This document shows positions 18,634-27,849 of a stretch of DNA of 64,000 bases, one piece after another (position 1 is the first letter of the stretch; every line of letters starts with the position of its first letter). The stretch comes from an uncultured SAR86 cluster bacterium (GTDB lineage: Bacteria > Pseudomonadota > Gammaproteobacteria > Magnimaribacterales > D2472), in assembly GCA_902525635.1 (NCBI GenBank), contig CABZHV010000001.1, forward strand, positions 76,347 to 140,346, in the 5' to 3' direction. Made by a program: the position numbers and the translations under genes. A model generated the notes under the pieces. It did no database searches. It had not been told where the DNA came from and saw only the letters and a list, made by a program, of their open reading frames with translations.

Positions 18634-19586
18634 TGAAAAAGTATATCTTTTCATTTTTTTTAACATGTGCTTTAAATATTTATCCTCATGAATTCAATCC
18701 TGCACATCTCATTGTGGAAGAATCAAGTGATAAAGATTTTGTTTATGAGGCAACGTGGATGTATCCTTTCAAAAATATTGGTAAAAGAGCTGAAGTTTTC
18801 TTTCCTCAAGAATGTCTTTCAGAATCAAGTGATCTTTATTATCAAGGTAAATATATAAATGAAAAAATTTCTTTAGATTGCTCATCTAGCCTTAAAGGAT
18901 TATCGATTGAAGTCGTTAATCTGAGTGTTTTAACAGATGCATTAATAACTATAAATTTTAATGACAGCACTTTTGAAGGCTTAATAAATGTTCAGAATAA
19001 TATTCTTGAAATACCTGCCGAGAGTAATTATTACCCATTATCATATTTGCAACTTGGTTTTTCTCATCTCTTCGATGGATTAGATCATATTTTGTTTATA
19101 TTTGGATTGCTTTTTTGTATATCTGGGTTAATTAATATCATAAAAACTATAACTGCATTTACAATTGCACATAGTATCACTCTTGGTATGACAGTTTATG
19201 GCTTTATTAAGCTACCTCAAGGAACCATTGAAGCATTAATTGCATTAACAATAGTCTATTTAGCATCAGAAATATATAAAAATAAAGGTTCTTTAAAAAC
19301 GCCATGGGCAATGGCATTTGGATTTGGTTTGTTACATGGATTAGGATTTGCAGGTGCTCTTATTGACATAGGTATATCAAATAACAGAATGCTTTTGTCA
19401 TTATTATTTTTTAATATTGGTATTGAATTAGCTCAAATAGCATTAATACCAATACCCTTACTGATTATATATATTTCTAAGAGGATTCAGCACCTTAAAG
19501 AATTAAAAATATTTGCAAGCTTACTTATTGGTGGTACTGGTTTTTATTGGTTAATAGACAGAGTAATTAACATTATTCAGCAATAA
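18633..19586 (+). CDS. HupE/UreJ-like membrane protein with an extra N-terminal periplasmic domain
   Basis: The signal peptide is followed by His (YP-HEF). The HLFDGLDHILF motif and HGLGFAG lie in the C-terminal multi-helix region. A TAATG junction links it to the upstream gene. Confidence 0.8.
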   Translation: MKKYIFSFFLTCALNIYPHEFNPAHLIVEESSDKDFVYEATWMYPFKNIGKRAEVFFPQECLSESSDLYYQGKYINEKISLDCSSSLKGLSIEVVNLSVLTDALITINFNDSTFEGLINVQNNILEIPAESNYYPLSYLQLGFSHLFDGLDHILFIFGLLFCISGLINIIKTITAFTIAHSITLGMTVYGFIKLPQGTIEALIALTIVYLASEIYKNKGSLKTPWAMAFGFGLLHGLGFAGALIDIGISNNRMLLSLLFFNIGIELAQIALIPIPLLIIYISKRIQHLKELKIFASLLIGGTGFYWLIDRVINIIQQ

Positions 19587-19743
19587 GTTTTAAAAAGTAA
19601 AATATGTATTACCAATAATATAACCACAAAAAAAGAAAGCTAATGCCCAAAAAGGTTCATTTTTACAAAAATAGTATAGCTTTTCCAAATAATTGTTCAT
19701 GCAGACTAAAATGCAATTTACATGCCGAATGTTTTGATGAATA

Positions 19744-19821
19744 TGGCGCGCCCGGAGAGATTCGAACTCCCGACCTCTTGGTTCGTAGCCAAGCACTCTA
19801 ATCCAACTGAGCTACGGGCGC
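19744..19821 (-). tRNA. tRNA-Arg (anticodon ACG)
   Basis: The reverse complement reads GCGCCCGTAGCTCAGTTGGATTAGAG...CTTGG-CTACGAA-CCAAG...GGGCGCGCCA. Confidence 0.92.
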
Positions 19822-19826
19822 GATTA

Positions 19827-19997
19827 TTAAATTTTACGGGCTTCTTCAGGTAACATAACAGGAATGCCATCCTTGATAGGATAAGCCAAATTAGATTCCT
19901 CACATACTAATTCATTAGTTTCTTTATCGTATATTAATGATTTTTTTGAAACTGGACACACTAAAATAGTTAGCAACTTTTCATCAAATATTGTCAT
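19827..19997 (-). CDS. Trm112/YcaR-like (UPF0434) small protein, 56 aa, not in the ORF track
   Basis: Hand translation gives [56 protein letters not shown]. It matches the YcaR pattern L..L.CP......L........L.C.....AYP..DGIP.ML..EAR. Confidence 0.8.
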   Translation of the reverse strand: MTIFDEKLLTILVCPVSKKSLIYDKETNELVCEESNLAYPIKDGIPVMLPEEARKI

Positions 19998-20071
19998 AGC
20001 AAAGAAGTATACATGATGAATGAAATTTTGTTTATATGTGCTATCTTAGTATTTTTTATAGATATCTTTTT

Positions 20072-20833
20072 ATGAATTCACTCAAACTTGAAGCACTTAG
20101 TAATTTCCCTTTGATTAATCCCGGAGATGATCTTAGTGAAATAATATATAAAACCATTATTTCTAATGAATCTATTATTAATAATAATGATGTTATTGTA
20201 ATAGCCCAGAAAATTGTATCTAAAGCTGAAAACAGATACCTTGATTTAGATGATATTACTATATCAAAAAAGGCAAAAGATTTAGCAGATGAATTAAGTA
20301 AAAGTCCAGGCTTAGTTCAGGCGATACTAAATGAATCAAAAGAAATAATATCTACAAAGAAGAATGTAATTATCGTGGAGCATAAACTAGGTTATATTAA
20401 TGTAAATGCAGGTATTGATTTATCTAATATTCCTAAAAAGAAAAATCTAGCATTGTTACTTCCAAAAAATCCTAAAAAAAGCGCTAAAAAAATACAAGAA
20501 AAACTAAAAAAGAAACTCAATAAAAATATATCAATCATTATTTCAGATTCAATGACAAGGCCCTATAGAGCTGGTGTTATTAACTTTGCATTAGCTAGTT
20601 ATAATCTTCAAAGCTTAGGGGATCTAAAGGGATATAAAGATATTTATGATGAACCACTTAAGGGTACTGAAGTTGCTTATGCAGATGAGTTAGCAGCTGC
20701 AGCTGGGATCCTCATGGGACAAAGTAATGAAATGAAACCTATTATTATTATCAAAGGGTTGAACCAAAAAAGACATGAAGTAAATAATGCTTTTGATTTG
20801 ATTGTTGATAAAAATGAGGACCTATACAGATAA
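20072..20833 (+). CDS. CofE-like (F420-0:gamma-glutamyl ligase family) protein
   Basis: PLINPGDDLSEII, VIVIAQKIVSKAENR and NAGID-type segments are typical of the F420_ligase fold. I prefer ATG 20072 (MNSLKLE). Confidence 0.7.
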   Translation: MNSLKLEALSNFPLINPGDDLSEIIYKTIISNESIINNNDVIVIAQKIVSKAENRYLDLDDITISKKAKDLADELSKSPGLVQAILNESKEIISTKKNVIIVEHKLGYINVNAGIDLSNIPKKKNLALLLPKNPKKSAKKIQEKLKKKLNKNISIIISDSMTRPYRAGVINFALASYNLQSLGDLKGYKDIYDEPLKGTEVAYADELAAAAGILMGQSNEMKPIIIIKGLNQKRHEVNNAFDLIVDKNEDLYR

Positions 20834-20856
20834 TAATATAAACATATAATTAGGCT

Positions 20857-21600
20857 ATGAAATTAAGTGTAAACCTAAATAAGATAGCTCTTTTGAGAAA
20901 TGCTAGGGGTGAAAATTATCCAAATATTGAATATTTTGCTAATAAAGCAATAGCATTAGGTGTAGATGGGTTAACTCTTCACCCCAGACCAGATCATAGG
21001 CATGCAACTTCTAATGACGTTATAAGGTTATCAAAACTCACCAAAGAGAAGGGTGTAGAGTTTAATATTGAAGGTAATCCATTCTCAAAACCAAAAAATG
21101 ATTTTTTAGGTTTTTGTGAATTAGTCGAGATTATTAAACCAGATCAAATAACGCTTGTGCCAGATAGCATTGATCAAATTACATCGGATCATGGTTGGTC
21201 ATCTGGTAAACATGATGATGATCTTATAATCGTTATAAATAAATTAAAAGAATATTCGAATGATGCACCCATAAGCTTATTTATTGATAGTATTGAAGGT
21301 GTTGAATACGCATATGAGATGGGAGCTACATTAATAGAGATTCATACTGGAAAATTTTCTAAAGCTATTGAAACAAAGAATATCAAAGCTGTGGATGACA
21401 TTGTAGAAATAGTTAAGATTGCAAGTAAATTAAATTTGTCTGTTAATGCTGGTCACGATTTGAATTTAAATAATTTAAGTTATTTAGTTGATATTGGAAA
21501 TATTAATGAAGTATCTATTGGTCACGCTATAATAGTGGATTCACTTCATTATGGTTTTGAAGAAACAATAAAGAAATATTTAGACATCATCAGGAAATAA
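20857..21600 (+). CDS. pdxJ: Pyridoxine 5'-phosphate synthase
   Basis: LSVNLNKIALLRNARG and HPRPDHRH motifs are present. 247 aa. Confidence 0.88.
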   Translation: MKLSVNLNKIALLRNARGENYPNIEYFANKAIALGVDGLTLHPRPDHRHATSNDVIRLSKLTKEKGVEFNIEGNPFSKPKNDFLGFCELVEIIKPDQITLVPDSIDQITSDHGWSSGKHDDDLIIVINKLKEYSNDAPISLFIDSIEGVEYAYEMGATLIEIHTGKFSKAIETKNIKAVDDIVEIVKIASKLNLSVNAGHDLNLNNLSYLVDIGNINEVSIGHAIIVDSLHYGFEETIKKYLDIIRK

Positions 21601-21601
21601 A

Positions 21602-21916
21602 ATGGATATAGAAGAAAAGCTAAGAGAACAAATTAAAGAGAATAGTATTTTAATATACATGAAAGGAACTCCCTATGAACCAAAATGTGGTTTTTCAGCT
21701 CGAACTGTACAAACGTTAATTGAATGTGAATCACAATTTAGTTACGTTGATGTTTTGGATAATAATGATGTAAGAGTTTCTCTACCTAAAGTTTCTGATT
21801 GGCCAACATTTCCTCAAGTATTTATTAATGGTGAACTCGTTGGTGGTGCTGATATCATCGCTCAGATGCATGAAAGTGGCGAATTAAAGAAGCTTATTGA
21901 TTCATTAGAATCTTAA
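21602..21916 (+). CDS. grxD: Monothiol glutaredoxin (Grx4 family)
   Basis: CGFS active site, WPTFPQVFINGELVGGADI motif, 104 aa. Confidence 0.92.
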   Translation: MDIEEKLREQIKENSILIYMKGTPYEPKCGFSARTVQTLIECESQFSYVDVLDNNDVRVSLPKVSDWPTFPQVFINGELVGGADIIAQMHESGELKKLIDSLES

Positions 21917-22500
21917 CTGTCAAAGCTATTTACAATTTTACAAAAAACTTCTGCAGTTACTCCTGTATCATATGCTGCTGAGTGAGCTTCGTCATTATCA
22001 TAATTTATAGATAAATGTTCACAAATTCTAGCTAGTACAGTTTGCCCGGTTGCAAGCACACCTAATGAAACAGTATCAATTACTGAAAATTTATGAAAAG
22101 GGGTTTTTTTTATATTATTTCTTATCACAGAAGCATCTAAAAAAGATTTGTCAAAATGAGCATTGTGTCCAACTAATATTGCTCTTGAACACTCATATTT
22201 GTTTTTTGTTTTATTTATTATCTTGAATAAGTCATTTAGGGCATCTTGTTCATCAACAGCATTTCTTAGTGGATGATCTAATTTAATTTTAGTAAAATCA
22301 AGTGATTCCTTTTCTACTATTGATCCTTCAAATGGATTTATGTGGTGTCTAAATGTTTCACCTGGATAAAATTTATCATACTCTTCTTCAATCAAAGTGA
22401 TAGCAATTTCTAGTATTGCATTTTTTTCAGGATCAAAACCACCAGTTTCAATATCAACAACTACTGGAAGATATTTTCTAAATCTATTTTTTAACACCAA
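21913..22500 (-). CDS. rnt: Ribonuclease T (DEDDh exonuclease)
   Basis: VVVDIETGGF, HNAHFDKSFL and HSAAYD motifs are present. The start is uncertain: TTG 22500 or GTG 22497 are preferred. The ORF stays open to ATG 22590, but that start would overlap the upstream gene by 107 nt. Confidence 0.85.
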   Translation of the reverse strand: MVLKNRFRKYLPVVVDIETGGFDPEKNAILEIAITLIEEEYDKFYPGETFRHHINPFEGSIVEKESLDFTKIKLDHPLRNAVDEQDALNDLFKIINKTKNKYECSRAILVGHNAHFDKSFLDASVIRNNIKKTPFHKFSVIDTVSLGVLATGQTVLARICEHLSINYDNDEAHSAAYDTGVTAEVFCKIVNSFDS

Positions 22501-23521
22501 GCTTTTCTTGTAATTTTGAATTTGAGGTAGTGTAGCCAAATGGCACTCGTTCACCAGGATGTATTCTTTTATATGCTTCCTGCACTGCAAGGGTAGTTTC
22601 GTGGAATCCTGACAAAATCAAATCAAGCTTACCTGGATAATCATTTATGTCACCAACTGCAAATATTCCTTCTTTAGAGGTTTGAAAGTTTTTAGTATTT
22701 ACTTGGATTTTTTTTCCGTTTAATTCAATATTCCAATCTAATATTGGACCAAGTTTTTTGTTGAGACCAAAAAGAAATAATAATTCATCTGCTTCATATG
22801 ATTCAATTTCAGTAGTTTCAAAATTTTTTAGTGTTATTGAATCTACTTTTTGATTACCAACAATAGAATCGATAAGATAGGGTGTAAGTAAATTAACCTT
22901 ATTATCTTTGACTAAATTTCGCATAAGTTCCTCTGTATGCTGAGCACCTCTAAAAGCGTCTCTTCTATGAACTAAGTTTACTGATTTTGCAATTTTTGAT
23001 AATTCAACAGTCCAATCTAGAGCTGAGTCACCTCCACCAAATATAAAAATATTTTTATTTTTATATTTTTCAATAGAACGCACAGAATATTCAACTCCGT
23101 TTGAGAGAAATTTATCTGGATCTTCTATATTAGGTGGTCTCCTTGGCTCAAATGAGCCAGCACCAGCTGCAATGAAGATATTTTTTGAAATAAACTCTTT
23201 ATCTTCTGTTGTTTTTATTTTCCAAAATGTATCATCCTCATGAGTTATTTTTTCAATAGAATCAACTCTTTCTGATAGATGTAATTCATAATCAAATGGT
23301 TTAATTTGTTGTAGTAGGGCGTTAACATGCTCCTGAGCAGTTTGAAATGGTACACCTGGAATATCATATATTGGTTTTTCAGGATATAACTCAGCGCACT
23401 GACCTCCTGGCTTATCAAGATTGTCAATGAGTGTACAATTTAATCCAAGCAAACCAGCTTCAAATACTGTGAAAAGCCCAACTGGACCAGCGCCAATAAT
23501 TATTATGTCAGTTTTACTCAT
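22484..23521 (-). CDS. Thioredoxin-reductase-like ferredoxin-NADP+ reductase / FAD-dependent oxidoreductase
   Basis: GAGPVG and GGGDSA dinucleotide motifs are present. 345 aa, YumC-like size. A TAATG junction links it to metG. Confidence 0.82.
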   Translation of the reverse strand: MSKTDIIIIGAGPVGLFTVFEAGLLGLNCTLIDNLDKPGGQCAELYPEKPIYDIPGVPFQTAQEHVNALLQQIKPFDYELHLSERVDSIEKITHEDDTFWKIKTTEDKEFISKNIFIAAGAGSFEPRRPPNIEDPDKFLSNGVEYSVRSIEKYKNKNIFIFGGGDSALDWTVELSKIAKSVNLVHRRDAFRGAQHTEELMRNLVKDNKVNLLTPYLIDSIVGNQKVDSITLKNFETTEIESYEADELLFLFGLNKKLGPILDWNIELNGKKIQVNTKNFQTSKEGIFAVGDINDYPGKLDLILSGFHETTLAVQEAYKRIHPGERVPFGYTTSNSKLQEKLGVKK

Positions 23522-25476
23522 TATCTTACTTTCATACCAGGCTTTGCACCGCTATCAGGTGACACCAAATAAATACCCTCATCATTACTTGAGGCAAGCA
23601 CCATACCTTCTGATACACCAAACTTCATCTTCCTAGGTTCTAGATTGTTAACTAATACAATATGCTTATCAGTAAGCTCATTAGGTTCATAAGCATTTTT
23701 AATGCCAGCAAATACATTTCTTGTTCCTAAATCACCAACATCTAAAGTAAGACGTAAGAGTTTATCAGCACCTTCGACATGATCTGCCCTTACAATCTTA
23801 GCTACCCTTAAATCAACTGCTGAAAATTGATCAATATTGATTAAATTTACATTATCCATATCTTCTTCCACAGGAATTATTATTTTTTCTAGTCTATTTA
23901 GCAATGGTTTATAAGTATTTATTTCTTTTATTTTTGTTTTCTCAACATCATCAAATGAAATCTTTTCTACATTTAAAAACTCAAATGCTTTTTTAGTTAT
24001 ATTTGGTATTACTGGATTAAGATACACAGAGATAATGAAAAAGGCATTTATAGCAGTTGAGCTAATTTCAACAGCTTCATCACGATCTTTTTTCCATGGA
24101 GTTTCTTTATTAATATATTTATTTATCTCATCTGCTAAATCCATAATTACTCTTATTAATTTAGAGTACTGTTTAGATTCATATAATTTTATAACTTGAT
24201 CTTTCATTAAAATAAAATTATCGAGCACCTTATCATCAACATTAGCAGATAAAATGTTTTTATTTTTTTTAAGAAATGCGGCCGATCTGGATGCAATATT
24301 TAAATATTTACCAACTAAGTCAGAATTAATTCTTTGAACATAATCTTCAAAATTGAGATCTATATCTTCAACCTTATTATTGAGTTTTGCAGCAAAGTAG
24401 TACCTCAAAGTTTCTGGATTCGTAATATTTGCAAATTCTTTTGCCAGAATACCTGTACCCTTTGATTTTGACATTTTTTCTCCATTTATGGTTAAAAAAC
24501 CATGAACATTTATACCATCAGGTAACTTAAAATTTGCAGCATTTAAAAGGGCTGGCCAAAAAAGTCCATGGAAATAAGCTATATCTTTTCCAATAAAATG
24601 GTATATTTCATAATCTGAATTTTCTGACCATAAATCTTCCATATTTAAGTTATTTTTTTTTGCCCAATTAGATATTGATGCAAGATAACCAATTGGAGCA
24701 TCAACCCATACATAGAAGTACTTATCTTTCTCACCAGGTATTTTAAAACCAAAATAAGGTGCGTCTCTTGATATGTCCCATTTTTTTAGGTCATCAGACA
24801 ACCACTCTTTTAATTTATTTTTTATAGACTCTTGCAGGTCTACTTTGTTTAAAAAATCTTTTAGCATTTTATTTTTTTGAGGAAGATCAAAAAATATATG
24901 CTCACTCTTTTTTTTAATTGGAGTTGAGTTAGATAAGATAGAAATAGGATTTTTTACGTCTAACACATTATATGAAGCACCACATACTCCACAATTGTCT
25001 CCATGTTGATCCTCTGCACCACACTTTGGACATGTTCCCTTTATATATCTATCGGATAAAAATAGCTTTTCTTTTTCATCGTAATATTGTTCGATTGAAG
25101 ATTTTGATATTAGGTTATTATTTTTTGCACATTCATATATATATTCAGAGAATTTTTTATTTTCATCACTATGTGTTGAGTAAAAATTAGCAAAATTTAT
25201 ATCATAAAGTTTATATGTAGACTCGTGATCTTTATAAACATCAGCAATTAATTCTTCCGGTTTAATTCCCATTTCGTTAGCCTTTAACATTACTGGTGTT
25301 CCATGGGTATCATCTGCACAAAAAAATAAGCATTCATTATTATTAAGTTCTTGAAATCTAGCCCATATATCAGTTTGAACAGCTTCAAGAATATGACCCA
25401 AGTGAAGTGGAGCATTAGCATAGGGCAATGCTTGGGTAACCAGTATTTTTCTAGTAGTTTTCTTAGAATTGTCCAT
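23521..25476 (-). CDS. metG: Methionyl-tRNA synthetase with a C-terminal tRNA-binding domain
   Basis: HLGH and KMSKS motifs and a zinc knuckle CPKCG...CGVCG are present. 651 aa. Confidence 0.97.
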   Translation of the reverse strand: MDNSKKTTRKILVTQALPYANAPLHLGHILEAVQTDIWARFQELNNNECLFFCADDTHGTPVMLKANEMGIKPEELIADVYKDHESTYKLYDINFANFYSTHSDENKKFSEYIYECAKNNNLISKSSIEQYYDEKEKLFLSDRYIKGTCPKCGAEDQHGDNCGVCGASYNVLDVKNPISILSNSTPIKKKSEHIFFDLPQKNKMLKDFLNKVDLQESIKNKLKEWLSDDLKKWDISRDAPYFGFKIPGEKDKYFYVWVDAPIGYLASISNWAKKNNLNMEDLWSENSDYEIYHFIGKDIAYFHGLFWPALLNAANFKLPDGINVHGFLTINGEKMSKSKGTGILAKEFANITNPETLRYYFAAKLNNKVEDIDLNFEDYVQRINSDLVGKYLNIASRSAAFLKKNKNILSANVDDKVLDNFILMKDQVIKLYESKQYSKLIRVIMDLADEINKYINKETPWKKDRDEAVEISSTAINAFFIISVYLNPVIPNITKKAFEFLNVEKISFDDVEKTKIKEINTYKPLLNRLEKIIIPVEEDMDNVNLINIDQFSAVDLRVAKIVRADHVEGADKLLRLTLDVGDLGTRNVFAGIKNAYEPNELTDKHIVLVNNLEPRKMKFGVSEGMVLASSNDEGIYLVSPDSGAKPGMKVR

Positions 25477-25494
25477 TTATAAACTGTATTATAT

Positions 25495-26187
25495 GTGAAA
25501 ACCTTAGTTAATATGCCTATAAAAAAAATAATCGCAATTGGTTCAGCAAAAGGTGGAGTTGGCAAAAGCTCAATAACTGCTTTGTTGGCACTTAGTTTAT
25601 CAAAACATAAAAAAGTTGGAATTTTAGATGCTGATATATATGGACCAAACCAAAATATTTTATTCAATCTTGATTCAAAGAATGTAATTACCAATAAAAA
25701 AATTATGCCAGCTGAAAAAAAAGGTATAAAAATAATTTCTATGGGCAATATATTAAATTATGAGGATGCTGCTGTATGGAGAGGACCAATGCTAAGTGGC
25801 GCTATAAAAAAATTAATAAATGATACCGTTTGGGATAATTTAGACTATCTATTAATTGATATGCCTCCTGGAACTGGCGATGCATATTTAACTGTTTTTA
25901 AAGAACTTATTGTCGATGAATTTATATTAATTACTACACCAAATAAATTAGCAATTTCAGATATGCAAAAAACTATAACAATGTTGAAAAAATTAAATAT
26001 AAGCATTTTAGGGTATATTTGTAATAATATATTCAATGTTAAAAATTTTGATAACAGTTTTTTTTTACTAAACAACATTCATCATCTTGGTACATATGAG
26101 TTTGATAAAAATATCCTAGAGTTTAATTTAGATTGTAATTCTCGAACTACTAACAAGATATCTAAAACAATCATGTCAGATGTATAA
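25495..26187 (+). CDS. apbC: Mrp/ApbC-like P-loop ATPase (short form)
   Basis: Deviant Walker A SAKGGVGKSS. It is divergent from metG, as in E. coli mrp. GTG start. The canonical CxxC is absent (see findings). Confidence 0.8.
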   Translation: MKTLVNMPIKKIIAIGSAKGGVGKSSITALLALSLSKHKKVGILDADIYGPNQNILFNLDSKNVITNKKIMPAEKKGIKIISMGNILNYEDAAVWRGPMLSGAIKKLINDTVWDNLDYLLIDMPPGTGDAYLTVFKELIVDEFILITTPNKLAISDMQKTITMLKKLNISILGYICNNIFNVKNFDNSFFLLNNIHHLGTYEFDKNILEFNLDCNSRTTNKISKTIMSDV

Positions 26188-26193
26188 TTAATT

Positions 26194-26892
26194 GTGAAAT
26201 TTTTACATCTCTTTTTTATATCTTTTATGGTCAATTATGCACTAACAGATGAACTAAAAGATCCATATGAAAATTTCAATAGAAAAACTTTTGAATTTAA
26301 TGAGAAACTTGATCAAAAGATTTTAAAACCAATTGCACAGACATATTCAACTCTTCCTCCTGAAGTTAAAAATGGGGTTTCTAATTTTTTCAATAATCTT
26401 GAAGATGTGGAGACTTCAATCAATCAATTGCTTCAAGGTAAACCAAAAAAATCAATAAATGATTTTTCAAGATTTATTTTAAACTCAACAATTGGTTTAG
26501 CTGGTTTAATTGATGTTGCCTCCAAAATGGGCCTTGATAGACATGAAGAAGATTTTGGTCAAACACTTGCAGTATGGGGGGTAGGACAAGGTCCCTATAT
26601 TATGTTACCTGGACTTGGTCCCTCAACATTAAGAGATACATTAAGCAGGCCTGTGTCTTCATTTTCGTCAGTCACTTTTCATATGACTGATACTGATGTA
26701 AATATTGCTCTAAAGACTATCGATGCTATAGAAACTAGAGAGAGATTATTGGATGTTGAATCTTTACTTTCTGGTGATAAGTACTCATTTGTCAAAGATG
26801 CCTACATTCAATCTTTAAATTACGAAATTGCAGATGGCATCAATGTTAAAGATGATTTTATTGACGATATGGAAGATTTTCTAATAGACTAA
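26194..26892 (+). CDS. mlaA: MlaA/VacJ-family outer-membrane lipoprotein
   Basis: DPYENFNRKTFEFNEKLD and the GLAGLIDVAS region are characteristic of MlaA. GTG start. Confidence 0.85.
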   Translation: MKFLHLFFISFMVNYALTDELKDPYENFNRKTFEFNEKLDQKILKPIAQTYSTLPPEVKNGVSNFFNNLEDVETSINQLLQGKPKKSINDFSRFILNSTIGLAGLIDVASKMGLDRHEEDFGQTLAVWGVGQGPYIMLPGLGPSTLRDTLSRPVSSFSSVTFHMTDTDVNIALKTIDAIETRERLLDVESLLSGDKYSFVKDAYIQSLNYEIADGINVKDDFIDDMEDFLID

Positions 26893-27849
26893 AAGTTCCT
26901 CTAATTCTTTTTTATTATTTTTTAAATTATCATTTTTTATTATTTCTAAGATCTTAATTCTGAAAGCTTTGGCATATTTATCACCCTTTGATAAACCAAA
27001 TAAATGTTTCATCATTCTATTTAGACTATGACCTTTGAGCATTTGTTTTTCAACATACTCAAGGTACAAATTGAGTATTTCTTTTTTTGAATTTATTGAT
27101 GAATCTGTTTTATAAAATTTAGTTTCAATCTCTCTTAACATGAAAGGGTTATCATATGCTGCTCTTCCAATCATAACTCCATCAACTTTTACCAAGTGAG
27201 TTAATGAATCATCAATATTTTTAATTCCACCGTTTATAATTATTTCTAATTCTGGGAAATCTTGTTTTAGTTTATAAACATAATCATATTTTAACGGTGG
27301 AACATTTCTATTTTGACGTGGGCTTAGACCTTTTAAAATACCATTCCTTGCATGAATTATAAAAACATTAACTCCAGATTGTTTGACAATGGAAACAAAA
27401 TTATAGATAAATGCGTAGTCATCATTATCGTCTACTCCAAGCCTACATTTTATTGATATAGGAATATTTACAGAGTTTTTCATATTAGTCAGACATTCTG
27501 CGACTAAATTTGGCTCAAGCATTAAACAAGCACCAAACTTACCTTTTTGAACACGATCAGAGGGACATCCCACATTTAGATTAATTTCGTCATATCCATA
27601 TTCTTCGCATCTTTTTGAACATTCAATTAAATGAGAGATATTCGAACCACCTAATTGAACACCTACTGGATGCTCTTCCATATTAAATTTTAGTTGATCA
27701 AAACATTTTCCATATATCAATGAACCAGTTGCAATCATTTCAGTGTATAAAAATACTCTTTTTGATATTAAACGTAACAAGTACCTATCATGCATATCAG
27801 TGCATTGCATCATTGGCGCAACACAAAACTTTCTGTTGAGATTATTCAC
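26881..27849 (-). CDS. dusA: tRNA-dihydrouridine synthase A
   Basis: FCVAPMMQCTDMHDRYLLR and YDEINLNVGCPSDRVQKGKFGACLM align closely with E. coli DusA. Confidence 0.92.
   Translation of the reverse strand: MNNLNRKFCVAPMMQCTDMHDRYLLRLISKRVFLYTEMIATGSLIYGKCFDQLKFNMEEHPVGVQLGGSNISHLIECSKRCEEYGYDEINLNVGCPSDRVQKGKFGACLMLEPNLVAECLTNMKNSVNIPISIKCRLGVDDNDDYAFIYNFVSIVKQSGVNVFIIHARNGILKGLSPRQNRNVPPLKYDYVYKLKQDFPELEIIINGGIKNIDDSLTHLVKVDGVMIGRAAYDNPFMLREIETKFYKTDSSINSKKEILNLYLEYVEKQMLKGHSLNRMMKHLFGLSKGDKYAKAFRIKILEIIKNDNLKNNKKELEELLVY

Noticed and set aside
19590-19700. A possible 36-aa small hydrophobic peptide (MNNYLEKLYYFCKNEPFWALAFFFCGYIIGNTYFTF) on the minus strand downstream of tRNA-Arg(ACG).
   Set aside because: It has no SD, no recognisable family and is very short. 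Without conservation data it cannot be separated from chance. The 157-nt gap is otherwise unexplained.
19590-19903. Two track ORFs (19590-19796 and 19718-19903, minus) spanning the region around 19.7-19.9 kb.
   Set aside because: Both read straight through the tRNA-Arg(ACG) gene (19744-19821). The real coding gene here is the 56-aa Trm112-like ORF at 19827-19997, in another frame.
25290-25748. A 152-aa minus-strand ORF spanning the metG start and the mrp 5' end.
   Set aside because: It overlaps two well-supported genes and the product has low-complexity, antisense-like composition. The same reasoning applies to the other short ORFs nested in or antisense to strong genes. Examples are 4369-4563, 6004-6210, 7236-7454, 8704-8967, 9612-9854 and 10058-10240. 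Further examples are 11808-12110, 14058-14249, 15167-15367, 15790-16020, 16308-16583, 17397-17816 and 23245-23636. Also 24972-25190, 25845-26078, 30469-30747, 31840-32088, 33713-33931, 38698-38910, 39511-39750 and 45567-45836. The rest are 46858-47082, 50081-50266, 51722-51904, 52288-52479, 52697-52987, 55858-56103, 59538-59762, 60782-60997 and 62270-62524.
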